This document shows positions 25,800 through 39,400 of a stretch of 64,000 nucleotides of DNA, one piece after another (position 1 is the first letter of the stretch; every line of letters starts with the position of its first letter). Where the stretch lies: the NCBI RefSeq assembly GCF_001447785.1, contig NW_015173763.1:62001-126000 (forward strand), given 5' to 3'. Position numbers and translations under genes: made by a program. The DNA comes from Gekko japonicus (taxonomy: Eukaryota). Below the pieces are notes generated by a model. That model did no database searches. It was not told the origin of the DNA and was given only the letters and a program-made list of their open reading frames with translations.

Positions 25800-26041
25800 A
25801 TGTTCACTGAGGAGACACCAGGTATGGTGATACTATTGATATTGCTGCTGCTGCTTCTGCCTCCACTGGTGTGTCAGGCACATGCTGTTAAATGTAAGGT
25901 CTGGCATCCCCATGAGATTATTCACAAGTATCTTCATCCAGGAGATCTGATCTTGGGTGGCCTTCTTTATCACAGCTTCTTCACCTCCACGCCAAAAAAC
26001 TTCACCAAAGAACCTCCAGGGCCACTAACTGAACCTTTTGT
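25800..26041 (+). pseudogene. V2R gene C exon 1
   Basis: ATG at 25800 (or 25824); signal peptide; HKYLHPGDLILGG; donor GT|gtaaga. Confidence 0.88.
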
Positions 26042-26735
26042 GTAAGAAGTTATTCTTTTTCATGTACTACATTGTGTAGAATATATTGTCCAGCAGACCA
26101 ACACGTGGAGAGCCTTCAGCAGCAGTAATGAATGGACGAGTTTCCATTATGCAAGCATAATTTGCAATTCTATGCAGGGTTATTCTGATTTAAAGCCACT
26201 CTTTTCCACTTTAAGGTATCTCGTTTCCCTTCAACTGAGTTGCTTCTGAAGTTCAAACAGAGGTCCTTCACAGCACTGATTGGTGCTTGGCAATTCTAAT
26301 TTACAATGCACTCTTGTAAAATATATTTTCATTTTGATTTATTTTCGTTTCTACTCCTGTTCCCATTCTCCATCTAACCTCAGCAACTATACCAGGCATG
26401 CCCATAGCATAAAGACTTGTCTCTGGTCAGCCGAATGTACAAATACTTCATGGAAGGAAAAAGCTCAAAGACAGGTTAAGAAGTCATTATTTTCCAAATT
26501 TTCTAAAACCTTCCTCTGCATTTGAAAACAAGGCCATTTGGGTCTTTTTCTTTTCAGCCAGTTTCATTAAATTAAAATCTTTACATGCATTCAGTGTCAG
26601 ATTATAGCGAGATATAAATTCAGCCTGGTCTCGACAGACCTATGGAGCCATCCCCAGCTACAATCTGCTGGCAAGAATGTCAGTCAGTTTTTTAAACATT
26701 TTAATTCAAATGAGAAATTTACTTGATTTGTACTT

Positions 26736-26988
26736 TTTTGTGTTTTTGTGTGTGCACGCATGTGCATGCATGTGTGTGTGCACCTGGAAGTCATGGCAAC
26801 CCTCTAGTGACTGACCCCTACTGGGGGCCTGGAGGATATTCAGAGAGGTGGCTAAATAAAACCTGCCCCTATCTCCTGACTGCTGATATTCCAAGGAGGT
26901 CTCCCATCCAAGTACTTGCCAGAGTCCACCCTGCGTAGCTTCTGAGATCTGATGAGATCAGGCTTCCCTGGGCTATCCAGGTCAGGGC
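26736..26988 (-). mobile_element. 5S rRNA-derived SINE
   Basis: Minus head ...cctgatctcatcagatctcagaagct..gcagggt...agtacttggatgggagacc matches 5S rRNA; non-5S body and CA-rich tail; probable TSD gat(t/c)tgtactt. Confidence 0.82.
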
Positions 26989-27354
26989 TAGTAGATCTGT
27001 ACTTCTAAAGTGGTTCTGGGGATGCACATTTTGCAAACAGGAATATTTTTACTTTCTTTGCATTTCTCTTGCTTACAGCTTTATCATTAAACGTCTTTAC
27101 TCTGCCATATTGTAAATATACACTTTATTGATATAGTATATTCTATTCTAAAGAGAAATAACATTCTAAAGAGAAATATGCTATATTATAAATCTATTTA
27201 AGTTTTCTGTGCAAACCATGTTGGTTTAAGGATTGACTGACTTGTAAACTATGGTATACAAATATTTACAACAATGAGGAAAAGCACACAAAATGGCAAT
27301 GATTTTAAAAAATCCACAATAAGATACTAAAAAATAATCCAACTGTCTTTGCAG

Positions 27355-27646
27355 TGCAATGACTCAGAACTACCAGCATGTTTTGGCCATGGTTTTTGCC
27401 ATAAAGGAGATCAATGAAAATCCCAGGCTCTTGCCCAATGTCAGCTTGGGTTTCCGCATCTATGACAGCTATTTGAATGCAAGGTGGACCTATCAGGCCA
27501 CACTGCAACTTCTTTCTCCCTGGAACAGACTTGCCCCCAACTACAAGTGTGACATCAAGGACAACTTATTTGCAGTAATTGAGGGACTTGCCTCCGCAAC
27601 ATCCTACTTGATCCCAAGTGTTTTGGGCATGTATAAGATTCCTCAG
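27355..27646 (+). pseudogene. V2R gene C exon 2
   Basis: 292 bp, cag|T GCA ATG...CAG|gtagga; frame open. Confidence 0.93.
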
Positions 27647-28852
27647 GTAGGATATATGTGTAGAGTATGACCATTTCAAGTGATTCACACATTCCTTACC
27701 TTTCCAAATGTGACTGTGCTGTGGAGATAGAAAACAGTGTATTTCATGAAAAGGGGTAGATCTTGTACTTTATGACAACAGAAAACTTAAGCAGAAAAGA
27801 GTTTTTCATTCTGTTTCTTTACCCACTAAAACATTTGTTGACTATAACCTTATTGTTGCTGATGTCCATTCATCCAAGAAAAAAGAACATCTGTATCAGC
27901 TCTTTGATCCTGATAATATATAGTATAGATTCAATTTTTCAGTTTAATTTTTTTCATCCTCTTTCACACTTTTATTCCTCTTACCATACTAGAGCAAGTT
28001 AAATTCTTCATAGCTGCATACCTCAGTACTCTGGTAAAATGTTTGGAGAAAGATTTTTGTGGGTCTCATAAATGATATTGTTTCTTTTATCATCCATGTT
28101 AACCCTCCATGGAGGTAAGTTTATGTTTTGCGGGAAGTGTCACAGAATGGCCCCACTGACCCATAAGCTTTGTTCTGTTTTGTTCCTCTGAGATGTATAG
28201 GCACTCAGTGGTCATCCAGAATCTCTACCTGGTGATGTGACCCTCTCCGGAGTTCACCCCACTCTTGCAGGAGTTTTCCCAAGCTTCTCCTTCAATCCAC
28301 TGCCACCAGCTGATCAGTTTCAGAAATTTATGCCAAAAGGGCCAGTGGTTTTTCTCTAATTTTTACCTACAGTGTAAAAAAAAATCAAATGCACAAGAGA
28401 GTCCAGTGAGACAATACCAGAACACACAGACTGGAGCAGAAAGAATGAGCTGGGTATAGGTGCATGGTGACTACTCTGCAAATTGGCATAGTGTGAGAGA
28501 TTGTATAACATGATTTATTGCTTACATGGCACAGAACTTTGTTAGGGGACCTTACTGTCTTGTGCACATGTTTGTTTCAGCATCTGAGCACTTGCAAATT
28601 GCATCACACTGGTCTTATTCAGAATGGTCCAATTATATAGTATCTTCAGCAAAAGACTTCACAGGACAATACTGTACATAACAAACAATGAACACATAGG
28701 AATATTAGGAAAATATATAAAACAACTTGTAGGAATGTAGGACTTAATCGCCATAGGAGAATCTCAAGAAAACAATTGTTGCAATGCTTTTCCTCTGAAA
28801 ACTATTCCACTCTGAAAACATTTCTGCCCACATAACTAATTTTTCCCCTTAG

Positions 28853-29722
28853 TTCTCTTATGGGCCTGCTCCACTGATGACAGAAATCACCCAGATCCTC
28901 TCATTATACCAAATGGTTCCAAATGAAGCTCTCCAGTTCAAGGCCGTTCTGCAGTTACTTCTCCATTTCAACTGGAAATGGGTAGGATTCTTCGGTGGAG
29001 TTGGTGTGAATTTAGAATGGTTCACACAGAACATGTTTCCTGAATTTTCCAAGAATGGCGTCTGTTTTGAATTTATAGAAACAATCTACAATTTAGGTAT
29101 GGATAATCAGTTCAAAGGATTTGATAAATGGTCAAAAGATGTATATAAAATACTCATGAACAGCAAAGCCAATATTGTGATATTATATGGAGATGCTCAG
29201 TCCATGGTTATTTTCAGGCATCTCCTAAGTACACCAATCTTTAAAGATATGCTACAAAAGCCAAGAGGAGAAGTTTGAGTTCTTACTGCCCAGATGGAAA
29301 TTAAATCACAGCCAACCCAAACATACTGGAATATAGAATTCTTCCATGGTGCATTATCACTTGCCATTCACTCCAATGAAATCCAAGGATTCCAAAAATT
29401 TCTTCAGAGCAGAAGTCTTTCGGACAGCACAGAAGATGGATTCATCAAGGACTTCTGGGCACTGGCATTTGGTTGCCTCCTCCCAAATTCCTTTCTGATA
29501 CATTCTTGGCAATTTGAGTACACAGGTAACTGCACTGGAGAGGAGAAGCTGGAAGATCTTCTTCTGCCCTATTTGGAAATGCATATGACTGGCTACAGCT
29601 ACAGCATCTACAATGCTGTCTATGTTGTGGCCCATGCTTTACATGCTATGTATTTGTTGACACCTAACAGAGCAATGACTGAAGGAAAGACAAAGAAGCT
29701 CCAGAGTCTTCAACCACGGCAG
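28853..29722 (+). pseudogene. V2R gene C exon 3 with nonsense codon
   Basis: 870 bp; TGA at 29276-29278 in GEV*VLTAQME where B has GEVWILTAQME. Confidence 0.93.
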
Positions 29723-30851
29723 GTAATGACAAGAATGCTGTAATCGGAGGGTTAGTTTGTGCAGCATTGTTAGAGATGCTGATATACAGGTAATTTTAAC
29801 CTCTTGTTGTTGTTATTTCCATGGTGTTATCCCAGATATCCATTTTTTAAAAAAAGGAATAAGTTTTTTTTTCTCGTGAGTGTGCTGATTATCTTTCTGT
29901 GTGTTTGCCTATTAATCGCCTGGAAAGTTAGTAACAGAATATGCCTATGTGGCCTTCTCACATACCGCCCTCCCCACCCTAGTTTTGGATCCTAGGTATA
30001 CACAACAACATTCTTTAGGTGTTATTATGGGTAATCCATGGAAGCTGTCACCCAGGGTCCCAGGGGAAGTGCACATGTATGGTTCTTCACATACGGGTCC
30101 TGAATAGTAGCCTCTTTGGACCTGAAACTTTGTGTACATAGTTTGCAGACTGATGTGGCATCTTCAGCATTAAGGAATGACACCATTGTTCCCAAAAATG
30201 AAACATTATTATCTACAAATGAATAGATAGAAAATGAGATAGGAAAGAAATTTTAAAAGGCAGTGAAATGGCAAGATATTTGGCATATTAGATAAAATTT
30301 AAATGTCTATATTTTCTGGTCCTTATTAAAATATGAAAATCTTTGATATTTAGAAAGCTAATTAGTCTATGGGACAGTTGCATGGCTCTGCACATGTCTC
30401 TGAAGAACATGGGAAGAAAGGCTCGATGCAAAAAGGAATAAAAGGAAGCTTGAGCATCTGAGAGGAAGAATTATGCTAGACACTTGGACAAATAGCATGG
30501 AGGGACTGGCAGAATCCAAAGACCAGGGAATATGAAAGGGGACTTTAGGAAAGGCCAAGGGAGTTTCCATGGCAGGAACCAGGAGATTTGTCAGATCGAT
30601 GGAGAGGAAGAGTGCCGAGATCTACAAAAACAATATATACTCCCACTGCACCTCTTTTTTTCCTTCTCTTTCTGTGTGCTGTATTGGTTTGTCCCCCTTT
30701 TCTGTTCTAAAAATATATCCTACCAGCATTACTTTCAGATAAGTAGACTTATGCACATCCCAAAACACAGTTTTTCTCCTTAGAACAGCCCCTGTTCCAT
30801 AAAATGTTTCTTTACAGAGGTTCTATGATCCCTAGCACAGTCTTTTTGGTG

Positions 30852-31178
30852 GTCAAAGGACACCCCTCTTCACCAGCAGCTTGGACCCAACCCATTGCCA
30901 TCCAACTCTATCTATCTGGGACATCCCATTCCTTGTTACCTGTTTTCTTTATTTGTCTCCTTTTTTATATATAGCTCCACCACTTATTAAAAGGTGTGTC
31001 CTTTAACAACAGAGTCAAAGGACACCCCTCTTCACCAGCAGAAATGATGCTTGGACCCAACCCATTGCCATCCAAGTCTATCTATCTGAGACATCCCATT
31101 CCTTGCTACCTGTTTTCTTTATTTGTCTCCTTTTTAATAGCTCCATCACTTATTAAAAGGTGTGTCCTTTAACAACAG
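30852..31178. repeat. ~165-bp tandem duplication spanning the exon-4 acceptor of gene C
   Basis: Copies at 30852-31012 and 31014-31178; each ends atag|ctcca(c/t)cacttattaaaaggtgtgtcctttaacaacag. Confidence 0.92.
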
Positions 31179-31368
31179 TGCCGGTGACAAAGTTTCCTTT
31201 AATGAGAATTGGGAATTAGTCACAGAATTTGATGTCATCAACTGTGTCACCTTCTCAAACCAATCTGTCATTCAAACTAAAATTGGAAGGCTGGATCCCC
31301 AGGCACCTGTGGACCAAGGAATCATCATGAATAAAGGTGCCATTGTGTGGCATAACTGGTTCAATCAG
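31141..31368 (+). pseudogene. V2R gene C exon 4
   Basis: 228 bp, tag|CTC...CAG|gtagga; LHHLLKGVSFNNSAGDKVSFNENWEL...WHNWFNQ. Confidence 0.92.
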
Positions 31369-31472
31369 GTAGGAATTGAATTTTGGGAACTTTCAGTTTT
31401 AATAACATATGCTGGGAAGGGTCAGTTGTCTCCCACAATAGTGGATACATTTCACACTATGAAAAGAGACAA

Positions 31473-31655
31473 CTAGAAGAAGAAGAGAAGAGATTGGATT
31501 TATACCCCACCCTTCACTACCCAGAGGAGTCTCAGAGTGGCTTACAAACTCCTTTCCCTTCCCCTCCCCACAACAGACACCCTGTGAGGTAGGTGGGGCT
31601 GAGAGAGCTCTTGACAGAAACTGCTCTTTTTCAAGGACAGCTCTTATCAGAACTA
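31473..31655 (-). mobile_element. Squam3-like SINE, 3' half
   Basis: Matches the other copies in the window. Confidence 0.8.
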
Positions 31656-32070
31656 CATGTGTCTTTCTCTATGATATCTTTCCATTATCTGCAGTTGCAC
31701 TTTACATCATCTTTAGTTCATGTCTTCAGCAGCAAAGACATAAAATTAATTTTCCAAGTTATGTAAAAGTGATGAGTTTCTTGCAACTGAATATTACTTT
31801 TCACTGTGACTGTGCAATTATATGCAGAGTTACTCCAGTATGAATGTATTGAAATTAACAGGGTAGAGTAACCATTCAAAGGATTGCATTATACATCTTT
31901 AGTTCTTCTCAGGTGTCATATTTGTTTAGGAAATTATTCTCTGCAGAACATGAATAGTTAATATGTCATGTTATCCTCTGTGTAAGACGCTGCAATCTGT
32001 ATTATAGAAAACAGCACCTTTGCTTCAGACTTTTATCAATGATTCAAGAGGGTTGTCCATAAAAAAAATA

Positions 32071-32380
32071 TGAAGAGCCATGCTGGATTAAACGTCCATT
32101 AAGTCCAGGGTTGTGTTCACACAGTGGCCAAGCAGCTATCTCTAGGAAGCCCAGAAGCAGGATGACTGCAACAGCAGTCTTCCTCACATGGTTCTTAGCA
32201 ACTGATATAAAGAGTCACACTGCCTCTGGTGCTGGAGAGAGTAGATACCCCTCATGCCAATTGTGACTAGCAACCATGGATAGCCCCATCCTCCATGAAT
32301 TTGTCCACTCCCCCTTTTAAGCCTTCCAAGTTGGTGGCCATTACCACATTCTCTGGCAGCAAGTTCCACAATATAACTGT
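32071..32380 (-). mobile_element. CR1 LINE 3' fragment
   Basis: LWNLLPENVVMATNLEGLKGGVDKFMED, a typical CR1 ORF2 C-terminus. Confidence 0.8.
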
Positions 32381-32467
32381 TAGTCCAGCTAAATAGGAGT
32401 TCTTTGAATACCAGTTTTTGTTCTTAACTTGAATATTGACATTCCTTTTCCTTGATTGATGGGATAG

Positions 32468-32594
32468 GTTCAGCCCCTTTCTCTGTGTAATGGCCACTGC
32501 CATCCTGGTAACAGCAAGAGAAGGAAGGAGGGGGAGCCTTTCTGCTGCTACGATTGCATCCCATGCCCAGAAGGGAAGATATCGGACAAGAATG
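32468..32594 (+). pseudogene. V2R gene C exon 5
   Basis: 127 bp, tag|GTT...AAT G|gtgaga; [42 protein letters not shown]. Confidence 0.93.
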
Positions 32595-33003
32595 GTGAGA
32601 GTTGTCATGTGCAAGTTCATCAAACGGGCTGGCTGCAGCACAAAGGAGCATGCATGCAAGAGTAGCATTGAGATTTGGGGGGATTTCTTCATCGTTATTG
32701 GTTAGTTATTTGAGACAGAGTGGTGAGATCAAGCACTCTCTAAAATAGAGACTCCAAAGACGGGATGCATGGTCCCTGATTATCCTCATCTTCAGACTCG
32801 CATGGTAGTCTTCAGACTTGCATTGTATTCTTCAAACTCACATCTTCAGACTCACACTCCATGGCCTCGCACATAGAACTGATTATGAACTAGGTTCAAT
32901 GCACATATGTATGATAATGGGAAATGACACTAAAAGAAGCTATGAAAGCCAGCCATTGCACTAGATTGTCATGTGATTGACATTGCCCATGTTCTTTTTT
33001 CAG

Positions 33004-33905
33004 ACATGAGTGACTGTTTTACATGCCCAGATGAACAGTATCCAAACAAGAATCAGAATGCCTGCATTCCCAAGGTCGTCAGTTTCTTGTCTTATGAAGA
33101 ACCATTGGGGATTGGATCAGCTGTTAGTGCTCTTTCATTTTCACTCATCACCCTTCTCATCCTAGGACTATTTACAAAGCACCACGACACTCCCATTGTC
33201 AAAGCCAACAACAGAAGTCTCACCTACATGCTTCTCATCTCGCTCCTCCTCTGCTTTCTTTGTGCCTTGTTATTCATTGGCCAACCTGAGATGGTGGCCT
33301 GTCTTGTACGACAAATAGCTTTTGGCATTATTTTCTCAGTGGCTGTTTCCTCCGTGTTGGCTAAAACTATCACTGTGGTTCTGGCTTTCCTGGCTACTAA
33401 GCCTGGATCGAGCATGAGGAAGTGGGTGGGGAAAAGCTTGGCCACCTCAATTGTTCTTTCTTGTACTCTTATTCAAGCAGGCATTTGTATTGCATGGCTG
33501 GTAGCCTCTCCCCCTTTTCCAGATGCTGATATGCAGTCAGTGATTCAAGAAATTACACTGGAATGTAATGAGGGCTCAACTGCCATGTTTTACTGTGTCC
33601 TGGGCTACATGGGTCTCCTGGCCATCGCCAGCTTCACTGTGGCTTTCCCGGCTAGGAAGTTACCTGACAGTTTCAATGAAGCCAAGTTCATTGCTTTCAG
33701 CATGTTGGTCTTTTGCAGTGTTTGGCTGTCCTTTGTTCCCACCTACCTGAGCACTAAAGGGAAATACATGGTGGCTGTGGAAATCTTCTCTATCTTAGCC
33801 TCCAGTGCTGGGCTGTTGGGTTTCATCTTTCTCCCCAAATGCTACATTATTGTTCTGAAGCCTGAGTTGAACAACAGGGAACAACTTATAAGGAGGAAAC
33901 ACTAA
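33004..33905 (+). pseudogene. V2R gene C exon 6 (7TM, frame open)
   Basis: cag|AC ATG; 902 bp; AATAAA at 34043-34048. Confidence 0.93.
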
Positions 33906-35144
33906 ACATATTAATTGTCCCATGCATAATTTTTCCTAGTATCCAGTTTTACAGTTTCTAATTTTAATTGGCCGTGGCATGGCTTACATTGGAAGAGAAT
34001 TACAATATCTTCTTGTTATAAAGTTGATCTAGATGCAATACAAATAAAGTCTCTTCTTAAATTTGGTGTAATTATTCTGTGTTCCTAATTCGCTTTTTTA
34101 GTCTCATGGCATCCTTTACATTAGATACTATGCTTAATATTAAAAGCAGGGTGGAGTTTTCTGAATATATGGTGCATATCCATATACTCAATATTGGTAT
34201 GCCATCTTTCCATATGACCACATTGGCTCAAGGCACCTCACAATATCCTGCTGAAAAAAAAATGCTGAACAATACACAAACAAATACAAGGGGGAAATAG
34301 ACAATTAGGTAGGAAAAAACACCAATACTACTTGCCCTTCAGATAATCACTCCTTATATTAGCTGATAAATGCTACCACAAGATAATAACTTTGCAACTT
34401 CTGTGGACCTTGGACAGTATAGCTGCTCTTTGCATCTCCTAAGAGAGGGCATTGCCTAGTCCAATCTACACTGCTGCGGATAGCACAGCTCACAAGAAAG
34501 GTTCAACCAGGAAGAGACTCTGGGAGAATCTGAGGTGGCAAACATGCTCTAATACAAGAGTGGCCCATCAGTCAGCTAGCCCCAGACAGTGTAGTGCTTT
34601 AAGAATCAGATCCTGGACCTTAAATTGACCTTGGAAGAATACAGAAAGTCAATATTGCTGGTTCCAAATATGCTTCCAAATAGCCAAATTTTGTTTGAAT
34701 TGTTGTAATCTAACTGCAAGATTGCAAAAGCATAGCTGTATGAACAGAGCTCAGGAAGGGTTGTGATTTATGTACTAAGAGCATCTGACAGAAATATCTT
34801 TTAAACCTGACTGAATTTACTTAATCTTCTAAGAAATGTGCAGGATCCAATAATACCCCTTAATCTAATTAAGCTCAGCTCAGCACTATCCACTGTGGTA
34901 GAACACTCTCTTCCAAAGGCTCTGCTTTACAAAACAGTGTCACTCCTATGTAAGCTAGACTTCAGACCTTCCTGTCTCAGAAAGTGGAAATGATCTACTC
35001 TTGTTCCTTGTATCGTCCCCACTAACCTGGAGGACAGCTGTTTTCTTTTACACCAGCTTCTGATAAAGTTTTAAAATACAGTGTTAATGTAGTTTTGGAA
35101 ATATAAATGAGATCCATATTGCTTTTTCAAGAGAAAAATAACAT

Positions 35145-35278
35145 TGTAGAGCTGGGGAAAGTACAGAGGAGGTCAACCAACATGATTTGGGAGTTGGACC
35201 ACCCGAAGAGTATGGGACTTCTCAGTTTTAAAAGGAGGCAACTAATGGGGGACATGATAGAGGTTTATAAAATTATAT
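35145..35278 (+). mobile_element. CR1 fragment
   Basis: KVQRR...GDMIEVYKI remnant. Confidence 0.65.
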
Positions 35279-36479
35279 ATTACTAGGCATAAGACTCGTT
35301 GTGGAAATAAATACAACGAGCTCTAGAAAGAGGCTCTGGGAGAGTGCCCCGGCCTTGGGCACTCAGCATCAATTTGCTGTGGTGACCTCAGCAGTGTATA
35401 ATGATACAGAATTCACCATTTTCTCCAGAGGAACTGATCTCTGCTACCTGAAGAGCAGTTGTAATTTTGAGTGCTCTCCACCCCTCACCTGAAAATTGGC
35501 AACAATGAATCCCCAGGAGGAAATGGCTGGTTTGGAGGGTGGAGTCCATGGCATTGTACTTGTCTGAGGTCCCACCTCTCCACAAACCCCACCTCTCCAG
35601 GCTCCACTTCTCAAATCTCCAAGAATTTCCCAACCTGAAGGTGGCAACCCTATTTCCAAGTCAACAATCAACCTACCTTTATCTGACCCTCTGACTTCAG
35701 CTTTCTATCTCCTCCCCCTCCCTCCTAGACAGCAGTTGTAATTCTGAGTATTTTCCAGCCCCTACCTGGAGATTGGCAACAGTAGTTCCCAAAGAAGGGA
35801 ATGGCTGGTTTGGAGGGTGAAGTCTATGGCATTGTACCTGTCAGAGGTCCCACTCCTACTCAAATCTCACCGTCTCCAGGCTCCACTCCTCAAATCTCCA
35901 GGAATTTCCCAACCTGGAGTTGGCAACTCTATCTCCTTCCCAGCCACGCATCAGTCTGCCATTATCTGACCCTCTGACTTCAGCTTTCCATCTCCTCCCC
36001 CCTCCCTTCTGGACAACAGTTGTAATTCTGAGTGATCTCCAGGCCTCTCCTGAGATTGGCAACAGTGGTTCCCCAGGAGGTAATGCCTGGTTTAGAGGGT
36101 GAAGTCTATGGCATTGTACCTGTCTGAAGTCCCACCTCTCCTCAAGCCCCACCATCTCCAGGCTTCACCCCTCAACCTGGAGTTGGCAACCCTATCTCCT
36201 TCCCAGTCTGCCCCTCATTCTTCAGCTTTCCGTCTCCCCCACACACACCTGTAGCCTCTACCATGTTCTGAAGCCTTTTTTATATATATTTTCTTTATTA
36301 GTTTTCATTGTTAAAGAAGACAAAAACAAAGAACAAAACCAACAACCAAATAACGAAACAATACAACAACAGATAGCTCTAAATCGAGCAACTATAACTA
36401 TGTGACTGTATGTAACTATAAAGTAATATAATAACAAAGATCTATATACAGTATAACAAATTTCCTTATGCAGATATCC

Positions 36480-39400
36480 TCAACTCATTTCGAATCCCAA
36501 ACCTCTAACGCTTCTATAATTGTTGCCAATTTTACAAAATTTCCCCATACTCTTTTCTTCTATAATATAGGTCAGCCGTTCCATTTCTGCTAAATCTAAA
36601 ACCTTGAAAATTATATCTTCCTTCGTAGGAATATTCTCATCCTTCCATTTTCTTGCGAAAACAATTCTTGCTGCAGTTAAAATTTGCATTAGGAAGTAAG
36701 TTTCACTATTTGAGAACATCTCCGGTATCATATTTAACAAAAAACATTCGGGCAACAAGGGTATTCTTTTGTCTAATATTTCATCTATCATTTCTTTCAC
36801 TATTAACCAAAATCTTTTAGCCTCACCACATGTCCACCACAAGTGGAAAAAAGTACCCGTACAGTATTTACATTTCCAGCATTCCTTTCCTAGCTTATCA
36901 TTAATTTTATTTAATATGGCTGGCGAAATGTACCATCTATAAACCATCTTTACAACATTTTCCCTTAGTGCACTTGATCTTACAAATTTTATATTCTTGA
37001 TCCACACTTTGTCCCATTCTTCAGGCTTAATATTTCTCCCTATATCTTTTTCCCATGCAGACATTGCTGGTTTCATATGGTCATCTTTCGTTCTCCAATT
37101 TAACAAAAATTCGTATGCTTTTTAAATAAATTTTTCTTTCTTATCTAACCAAATCTTATCTAATTCCGTTTGATTCGAGTAAATACCCATTTGCTTATCT
37201 TTTAACCATATTGACCTCAGTTGTATTCTTTCCCACCATGTAAGATCAGTACCTTGTTCTTTCAGGACTCCCTCTGGGGGAAGATCAACCCTTTCATCTA
37301 TGAGATCTTCATATCTCCATCTGGTATATTTTATATATAATGTAGGGAGCACAAACGCCTCAATAGGGGATACCCATCTGGGCGTTTTTTCGTAATAGGC
37401 TTTTATTTCGCCCCATACTTTAAACAACACTTTTCTGACAGTGTGTTGCTTGAATATTGTTAAAACTGACGATTTACTATACCATAGATAGAAGTGCCAT
37501 CCCATCGGGATGTCGTGTCCTTCTAAATTTAGGATCCTTCTGTCATCTTGATTTATCCAGTCCTTAACCCATAACATCGCGGATGCTTCGTAATAAATGC
37601 GCCAATCCGGAAGCGCTAAGCCCCCTTTTTGTTTTTTCCCCTGTAAATATTTTAATTTGATCCTTGGTCTCTTTCGTTGCCAGATGAATTCTTTCACTAT
37701 TTTTTCTAGGTCTTTAAAGAAATCTTGGTTACTTAAAATCAGTATATTTTGAAATAAAAACAGCACCCGTGGTAGAACATTCATTTTTACCGTTGCGACC
37801 CTTCCAAGTAATGAAATGTGCATATCCCTCCACCTTTCTAAATCTTTTTTGATATCTAGCAACACTTTTTTGTAGTTATCTTTAAACAGAGAACAGCACC
37901 TTTTCGTTAAGTAAATACCTAAGTATTTCACCTTCTTTTGTATTTCAAATCCCAATATTTCTTGCAGCCTTTTTTCTGTTCTATCCGGACAGTTTTTAAC
38001 TAATATCTTTGTTTTCTTTTTGTTAACTTTTAATCCCGCTACTTCCCCATATTCCTTCAAGACCTGAATAAGCTGTTCTATCGAGATTTCAGGATCTTCT
38101 AAAATAAATATCATATCGTCGGCGTATGNNNNNNNNNNNNNNNNNNNNNNNNNNNNNNNNNNNNNNNNNNNNNNNNNNNNNNNNNNNNNNNNNNNNNNNN
38201 NNNNNNNNNNNNNNNNNNNNNNNNNNNNNNNNNNNNNNNNNNNNNNNNNNNNNNNNNNNNNNNNNNNNNNNNNNNNNNNNNNNNNNNNNNNNNNNNNNNN
38301 NNNNNNNNNNNNNNNNNNNNNNNNNNNNNNNNNNNNNNNNNNNNNNNNNNNNNNNNNNNNNNNNNNNNNNNNNNNNNNNNNNNNNNNNNNNNNNNNNNNN
38401 NNNNNNNNNNNNNNNNNNNNNNNNNNNNNNNNNNNNNNNNNNNNNNNNNNNNNNNNNNNNNNNNNNNNNNNNNNNNNNNNNNNNNNNNNNNNNNNNNNNN
38501 NNNNNNNNNNNNNNNNNNNNNNNNNNNNNNNNNNNNNNNNNNNNNNNNNNNNNNNNNNNNNNNNNNNNNNNNNNNNNNNNNNNNNNNNNNNNNNNNNNNN
38601 NNNNNNNNNNNNNNNNNNNNNNNNNNNNNNNNNNNNNNNNNNNNNNNNNNNNNNNNNNNNNNNNNNNNNNNNNNNNNNNNNNNNNNNNNNNNNNNNNNNN
38701 NNNNNNNNNNNNNNNNNNNNNNNNNNNNNNNNNNNNNNNNNNNNNNNNNNNNNNNNNNNNNNNNNNNNNNNNNNNNNNNNNNNNNNNNNNTTTGTAAGAC
38801 AACCAGCGAGTTGGCTTGTTCGCGAACTCAAAATGGTACTGTCTTGTCCATTTCATCTTTTTAGCAATTTCCTGTGTTAAGATGGAGTTCAATTTATGTT
38901 GCAGTAATTTAATATTATTTTTACTTGTTTGAATATTTTCGCTTCGTTTTTGCATTTTATTTTCTTCTTTCTGTATCTTCTCTTTGATCTGATCGATTTC
39001 TTTATTTTCTTGTTTTTTGATCCATGCATTTTGCCTTATCATCCAGCCTCTAACATAGGCCTTAAAAGTATCCCAGACCGTAGCCATTGCCATCTCTGGT
39101 TGTGTATTTTCCTCAAAAAACAGTTTGAATTCTTTCTTGGAATCTATTATAAATTTTTTATTTCTAAGCAGCATGGTGTTCAAGGTCCATCTTCTTCTTA
39201 GTGGCCTATCTGCCAAAATACACATAATTGGGTTATGATCTGCGAAGGTTGCAGGCAAAATTTCTACTTCCTTAATATCATTAATTATTTCCGTAGACAC
39301 CCATACCATGTCTAGTCTGGACCACGATTGGTGTCTATAGGAGAAGAAGGTATAGTTTCTACTATTTATATTCTTTATTCTCCAAGCTTCCACTATCTTC

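Noticed and set aside
26870-26988. 5S rRNA gene
   Set aside because: Diverged, and fused to a non-5S body with a CA tail, so it is a SINE.
35390-36195. Spaced direct repeats that look array-like or CRISPR-like
   Set aside because: Long, diverged transposon subunits in vertebrate DNA. No constant repeat/unique spacer structure and no cas genes.
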